A stretch of DNA of 63,549 bases, filler included, from Piptocephalis cylindrospora (Eukaryota), in NCBI GenBank assembly GCA_003614145.1. It is 22 parts of 22 records of this genome, joined end to end, with 100 filler letters (N's around TTAATTAATTAA, not from the genome) between each part and the next. Parts side by side here need not be neighbours in the genome. Positions count along the whole stretch, not along the records: positions 57,907 to 60,680 come from KZ988859.1; positions 60,781 to 63,549 come from KZ988860.1; 20 more parts are not named here. The stretch is one strand, 5' to 3'. Position 1 is the first letter of the stretch, and each line of letters starts with the position of its first letter. The position numbers were made by a program, and so were the translations under genes. Shown here one piece after another: positions 57,907-63,549 of the stretch. Under the pieces are notes generated by a model, which was not told the DNA's origin, made no database searches, and saw only the letters and a list, made by a program, of their open reading frames with translations.

Positions 57907-60680
57907 TTCCAGGGAGCATCCGTCCAAGGAACCGGTTCCAAGCTAACCCAACCTAAGTCACCTCAATTTCACTCTCGTTTCCGGGAGGATAATTCATCGT
58001 AAGTAATACTCTGCTTGATCAGCTTCTCCCCTAACAGCTGAGTTAGACTCATCCATGCATTCTCCTTCGGTAGTCGACGGGAAAAGATGTTTTGGGGCGG
58101 TGTGAAGGAGAAGGAAAGCGAGCAAGGGGCGCAGTTCAAGGCCCATCCAGTGAACCTGAAGGTTCTCCAGAGCTCGGGAGATTATGGGGTCCCGAGAATT
58201 CGACGAAAAGAGCCAACGATCCCCAAGTCTCCAGCCTTCTCCGATAGATTACGGCTCGGTCGGGTACGGGATAGGGTGCATCCTATGGTGGCTCCTCCAC
58301 CTAGGCGAGGGGGAGATGGGGGTCCTCTTCGTACACGGAGACCCACGGGGAAGAAGGCTAGCCCAGCCAGGGTCCGTCGGGTCATGGGTTTGGAGCATCG
58401 GTACACTCGGCCCACTCTCTCCTCGCGTCTCAAAACATATGAAGGTTCCGATCCACTGGATCACGGGAGCCTGGCCGAGCAGGTCGGACGAACGGGTCTG
58501 CCCCCCCTCCCTCCCTCCTTCCACGACCTCGTCTCTCCCTCAACATGCAGGAAGCCCGGGAAAGACGTTGGCCACGAGAAGACGTCTTCCACTTCATATT
58601 CGATCTCCACGGAGGATTATGCCACTTACTGGAAGTGGTAAGCGACCATCTCCACTCAGCCTATCCGCTCCGGCCCGTCGAGTTCGCATTACCCAGGACT
58701 CCCAGTCATCGAGTGGGCATGCTCCATCTTTGACTTTGCTTCCACGCAGAAGGCGACTTGATGAACGTTGAACCCTCTCGCTCTTCTTTCGCTTCCTCCT
58801 ATCCTCATCCCAAGCCACATGTCTATCTAGAGGGAAGAAGAGGGAGAGTAGATCAAGGAGGGATGGAATACAAGATGTGTTGCCTTTATTATTTCTATTA
58901 CTGTTGTTATACTTGCGTCCATCTACGGTCATGACTTTGGTTCATTTCCTTGGGAAGGGGGCTCGTACATGGACCTTGAGTAAGCCCCCACCTCCCCGGT
59001 CTAGAGGCTGATTGTCCAGAGCTTGGCAAGCTCGCTTGGCCGCGTTGTTCGTCATGGCTGCAATGGCAGTACGTGTTCCGTGGGTTTGAGTGTGCTTCCG
59101 GGAAAAAGCCAGATGATACACATATCCGTGAGCGGTGAGGAGCCCTCGTAAACGCGGGAGGCCCAAGGCTCTGGGCCAACCTTCGATGAGTAGATGAACT
59201 GTGTCTGGGGATCCAGGTAGCTTACTTGGTGGAAGAGGTTGTTTTGGACGGGAGGGTCGCTTATTGCTATCATCGTTGCCAAGGTCAGAGCGTCCACTCC
59301 ATCCTCTATGGAGCAGCTTAGAGAATGTAGCAGTACGAGTGGGATGGAGTTGAAGGGCGTGTTTGAACATCGACGTGAAGAAAAATAAGATGTGGATCGC
59401 GTAAACCACGGTACTAGATAAGATGCCTCAAGACCAGCTGTAAAAAAATCCGTCAAGATAATCACCGATTAATCTCAATCATTCTTAGCAGAAGCAATAT
59501 CCAAGAGGTAAAAAAGATTCAGCTGAAAAACATCCTTTCTATTCATGATCCACAAGAAGCAGCATGGGGAAAGAGGATGAAGCGTTTACACACACAAAGA
59601 CACAAGATAGGGTAAAGGAACTGGAGAGGGATAGGGCATCACGCCACCCTGACACAAAGCCATAATCTCTTGTCGACTGGGGGGGGGGGGGGAAGGGAAG
59701 GGGAGCTATAGATTTAGAAGCGGTCAAGGGAGCCATCATTGCTACCGCCCTGGTTAAATGCCGGCCTGGGGCCACGCTCGTTAGCGAGAGCCGTCTTGAG
59801 TTGACGACCACCTAGCTCGAGGGCAATGTCCTTCTCAAGGAAAGCATTGACATCGTTCTCGTCCATGCGGACAAAGGCAAGACCACGGCTAAGTCCTTCA
59901 GCGTTCCGGGGGATGTGAACGTCGCGGACCTCACCGTAGGCGCTAAAGATATCTCGGATCTCGTCGTGGGTGGCGCGGAAGGGGACATTGGCGCAGTAGA
60001 TGGATCGGTCGGCCTCAGCGATGAGGGAGGTGCCGAAGGAGCGGCGGGTCAGAGCGGCACCAAGGCGAAGGGGCTGAAGGAGGGCACGAAGGGACATGGT
60101 GACAGGGAAAACAAGGGGATCTCTGGTATTGGGGATATGGGGAGGAAGAGGGTGACGATACTGTGCTTGGAAGTAGGGCAAGCCTCGGGAGGTCTGTCTC
60201 AAGTACTCTCGCGTTGTTCATAGCCTTTAGGACGGCATTGAGGTTCGCGGGTGGACCGAAGAAAAAAAAAGTGGAAGACTGTGCAAGAAAATAAAAAATT
60301 ATGCGTGTTTTGATTGTCTGGGGTGGGTGGGTGTGTGCACAGTGGGCCGGCCGAAACCGGGGCAAGTAAACACACAGCGAGGTTGACGGCTACAAGGCTT
60401 AATGATGATCGTTGATTCGGCGATCCAGAGAGCGTTTGGATGATACGCACAACTCATTACTAGACTATGAGATAAAGATGTGTTTACTGACAATGAAATA
60501 ATAATACCAGCTTTTTGTAGAATAGAAAAGGAATGAGCTCTACTTTATTCTCCTCTCAAAGGGACGATTGATTATCTCATTCATCCTCAAGTATCTGACT
60601 AGAGGAGTAAAAAGGAAAGAGTATGGAATGGATGGATGTTGGTTAAACGATACATGTACGCACATCCCCTCTCTTCCCCC
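57907..60680 (-). repeat. Redundant reverse-complement copy of 52159-54932 (TPX2-like 57907-58641 +, RRM-like 58942-59370 -, RRM 59714-60097 -)
   Basis: Same length and ends; differences noticed only in the poly-C/G tract (~59680-59705). Confidence 0.95.
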
Positions 60681-60780
60681 NNNNNNNNNNNNNNNNNNNN
60701 NNNNNNNNNNNNNNNNNNNNNNNNTTAATTAATTAANNNNNNNNNNNNNNNNNNNNNNNNNNNNNNNNNNNNNNNNNNNN

Positions 60781-61415
60781 TGCTGCTCGCTCTACAAAAG
60801 GCGCAGCACAATGATTCTTTGTGCGTTCTGTAGCCTGCCTTCTTCTCCCTCTTTCCCAATGTTTCCTACCGCTTCTTCCTTTTCCAACCTTTTTTCCTCC
60901 TGTCTCCTTGTTTCTGCCCCTGTTATAGAGAACAGAGAGAAAGAAAAGTAAGGGAGAAGATGGCGGTGTATTTTCTAGATTAAGGAAAGGTAAGGAGTAA
61001 TCTTCCGTTATAGACGAGGAATGGGAAGGGAAGGAAGATGCGATAAGTAGTCCGAGATATGCTGGCTAGGGGGAGAGGAGGATGATGGCTAAGCAGGAGG
61101 TGAGTAAGCAAAAAAATGCTGATCGGAGCATCACTATGGCCCGAAGCTCATATGGCTTACATCTAATTGTCAATGTGTCCCTCGCAAGCAGAGCATTGGG
61201 GGTGATGATAAAGAATATCATACGCGGGAAGGAAGAGGGTACACTTTTCCTCAAGAGAAACGTTCAATCAGGGAAGACACAACGGGGCCATGGTGGAGAA
61301 TAGAGAAAGTATGCTACAGAACGCACAAAATTCGTCGTACTGCGCCTTTTGTAGAGCGAGCAGCACACATTCAAAAAGGTGTCCTCTATACTAAAGTTCA
61401 GCCGCGATATCGGCC
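60781..61415. mobile_element. MITE-like non-autonomous inverted-repeat element; left end cut by the contig start
   Basis: 60781-60840 is an imperfect reverse complement of ~61308-61365 (26-bp perfect core tgctgctcgctctacaaaaggcgcag); 60902-60928 resembles 41925-41950 of the MULE. Confidence 0.6.
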
Positions 61416-62635
61416 TGTGGCGGGACAGATAAATATAAGATATTGATGATTGCGCCAAGATGATGTGGGACTGGCCTGGTGTTATGGCGAAATGGTAGTG
61501 GCATTTTGGAAAATCTCTGGCTCAGAGAAAGCTGTGGGCGGCGTCTCATATGCTCTATAATAATAATAATGTTATTATTAGTGTATGTTGTTAGTGTTAG
61601 TGTTAGTGTTAGTGTTGTTAATGTTGGTGTTGTTGCTCCATAATTGTGTGTAGCTGGAATTGTCATGTTCTCTATACAATTTTTCTGTGTACGCCTATTT
61701 CCTCCGCAGGAAAAGCAAACGTCTCCTATTTCCTCCGCAGGGAAAGCAAACATCTCCTATTTCTTCGGCCATGGCTGGAAACTAGCCATCCTCGAGTAGT
61801 GTTCGATCAGCCCGATTATCCGGGCAATATTTTACTCGATGACCTTGCTAATGGAAGAGTGGGCTAGAAAGCAATCTGTTTCAAATGCCCGCATCTGATG
61901 GTGGTCGCAGATGAGGCAAACTGCTTTATAGTTATAGTTTGTTGCTCTTGGGCAAAGGTGGGAGTAAATAAAGCTGTGGTAATGGAGGGATTGCATAAAT
62001 GGCTAGGTCCTTTTTCCCTTGAGGTCTGTTCAAAGGTTACATATAGTAGTAGACGGCACTTTGTTTGCTTTGAAGGGAAGACCTTTGACAATTTGGGAGC
62101 TTACAGAAGTTATGTCATTTAAAGAGATATCATATATCGAGAAGATATTGTCAATGAAGGGAAAACTTACCTTTCCTGGCCTTGTCTTTTTCACTCTGCT
62201 TTCGTGAGAATGATCCATTACTGAACATCACGAGGGGAATGGATGTGACCATTCTGATCATAATCGGTAAGACGTTGATGAAAGGCCAGTTGAGGAGGGC
62301 CTGGCTAGGATCCTAATCCTGTTTCCTTCCTAAATCAGATTTACACATCTACCCAAGATAGACAGCTAGAAAAGTAATGAAGCCAGGGTAGAGGAGAAAA
62401 GAAGAAATCTCGTGTGTGTACTTTTATATCCATTTGCACACTCCTACCCATCACTCATCCCACTACTCTGGCATCAGTACAATGGTGAAGTGGATCAATG
62501 CACCTGTACAGCAACGCTGTAGGCAGAGGGAGGGAAGAATGGAGCGGTTTAAAGAGCCATCTCCATCCATTCCCTAATGGGGGGTGTCATCATCACCGAA
62601 AGGGGGCTTGTTTGACGCCAAGTTCCGGATTGGCC

Positions 62636-63549
62636 TTAGACCTGGCCATTGCTAGCCCCATTTAGGCCGGCCTGATCGACGATACCGCCATTGCGCCCAC
62701 CTCCGTTAAGCCCCTGGTTCTGGCCCTGCCAATTGCCTTGGTTTGAGCCGTGGTTGTTGTTACCCAGCTGGGATAGACCCACCACACCTGCTCCCGTAAG
62801 AACACCACCACCTCCAATCAGGAGGCCTTTTCCGACTGAAGTAGAGGAGCCCCCGGCGTTCGCGGGGACTATGCCTTGTCCCTTCAGTAGCTCCTTCTGA
62901 GCGGAGGAGGAAACACGACCAGAGGCTTCGGGGACAATGTTTCCGGCCTCGTTAATGGAGAACCTGCCTACTTTGCCGGTCTCACTTACGGCAAGAACGT
63001 TAGAGCCATGGGGAATGGGGTCCCCAGGCTTCATCTGAATTGCTTGACCGGTAGGCGTATCCTTGAGGAGACGGAGTTTACCCATGCTTGCAAGATCAGT
63101 GAGTTCCTTGGAGGTGGTGAGGCCAGAAAAGATCCCGTCATTCTTTTCAAATGGCTTGACTTTCTCAGTGAGGGCTCGAGCTGGCTTAAGGGCGCTCTGG
63201 CCAACCTGTCTCTCCGCGGCTTGCTGAGCGGCAGCCTGTTCAGTCTTTGTGAGACCAGTTTGAGCAGCGTTGGCCTGGTTAGCGGGGGGGAGCGGGCGCC
63301 ACCCACCAATCGGGTTCACGCCTAGTGCGGGCATCTGCGCCCCAGGTTGTAGAGGCGGAGAATTAGGCATATTGCTCCAATGAGTGGCTTGGTTAGGGAG
63401 AGGCATGTTGGTGCGGAACGAAGGGTTGCTGTTCATATTGGGTTGAGGGAAAGGGTTTCCACCGTGGTTGGCCTGACCAAACTGCTGGGCGTTATTAGAC
63501 GGAGGAGGTGGATTTCCACTGGATGCTCTGAACGGGTTGTGGTCGATGC
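62636..63549 (-). CDS. Asn/Gln/Gly/Pro-rich protein with a C-proximal glycine-rich hydrophobic segment, 5'-truncated
   Basis: Frame stays open from the window end to the stop at 62636; NPF motifs near the visible N-terminus; segment GLLIGGGGVLTGAGVVGL. Confidence 0.65.
   Translation of the reverse strand, partial: IDHNPFRASSGNPPPPSNNAQQFGQANHGGNPFPQPNMNSNPSFRTNMPLPNQATHWSNMPNSPPLQPGAQMPALGVNPIGGWRPLPPANQANAAQTGLTKTEQAAAQQAAERQVGQSALKPARALTEKVKPFEKNDGIFSGLTTSKELTDLASMGKLRLLKDTPTGQAIQMKPGDPIPHGSNVLAVSETGKVGRFSINEAGNIVPEASGRVSSSAQKELLKGQGIVPANAGGSSTSVGKGLLIGGGGVLTGAGVVGLSQLGNNNHGSNQGNWQGQNQGLNGGGRNGGIVDQAGLNGASNGQV

Noticed and set aside
52159..60680. Apparent triplicated, partly inverted gene cassette suggesting amplification or a mobile unit
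   Set aside because: Three separate contigs with identical length and ends, differing only around one poly-C tract; best explained as assembly bubbles
61590..61618. (GTTAGT)n tract as a telomere
   Set aside because: Only 4-5 internal units within a TAA/GTT microsatellite patch, not at a contig end
61780..61960. RecQ-like Walker B remnant (LMVVADEANC)
   Set aside because: A single short motif with a nearby stop and no other helicase motifs; insufficient without a search

Overview
This window is not one locus. It is 22 short contigs of about 2.7-2.8 kb, in roughly descending size order, joined by artificial 100-nt spacers (44 N + TTAATTAATTAA + 44 N). Neighbourhood across spacers therefore means nothing. 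The DNA is eukaryotic and fungal: it has short GT-AG introns and recognisable VTC4, fimbrin, RSP5, Tpr/Mlp, XPF, Rad26, Mgr2/Romo1 and Rav1-like genes. An early-diverging (Zoopagomycota/Mucoromycota-like) origin is an inference only. The assembly shows amplification and k-mer artefacts: exact 55-bp terminal duplications, inverted chimeras, and three near-identical contigs plus a rearranged fourth. Mobile DNA includes a Merlin/ISXO2-type transposase fragment, a decayed Mutator (MULE) element flanked by inverted repeats, and a related MITE-like element. The best novelty candidate is a 167-aa secreted, Kex2-site-punctuated repeat precursor (23751-24254, minus strand). It has three 30-aa units with an invariant HGISSW[S/T]SD core, and the HGISSW and GVT codons differ between units only synonymously. 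This makes it a candidate fungal RiPP or signalling-peptide (KEP) precursor. Two further small orphan secreted proteins are also present.
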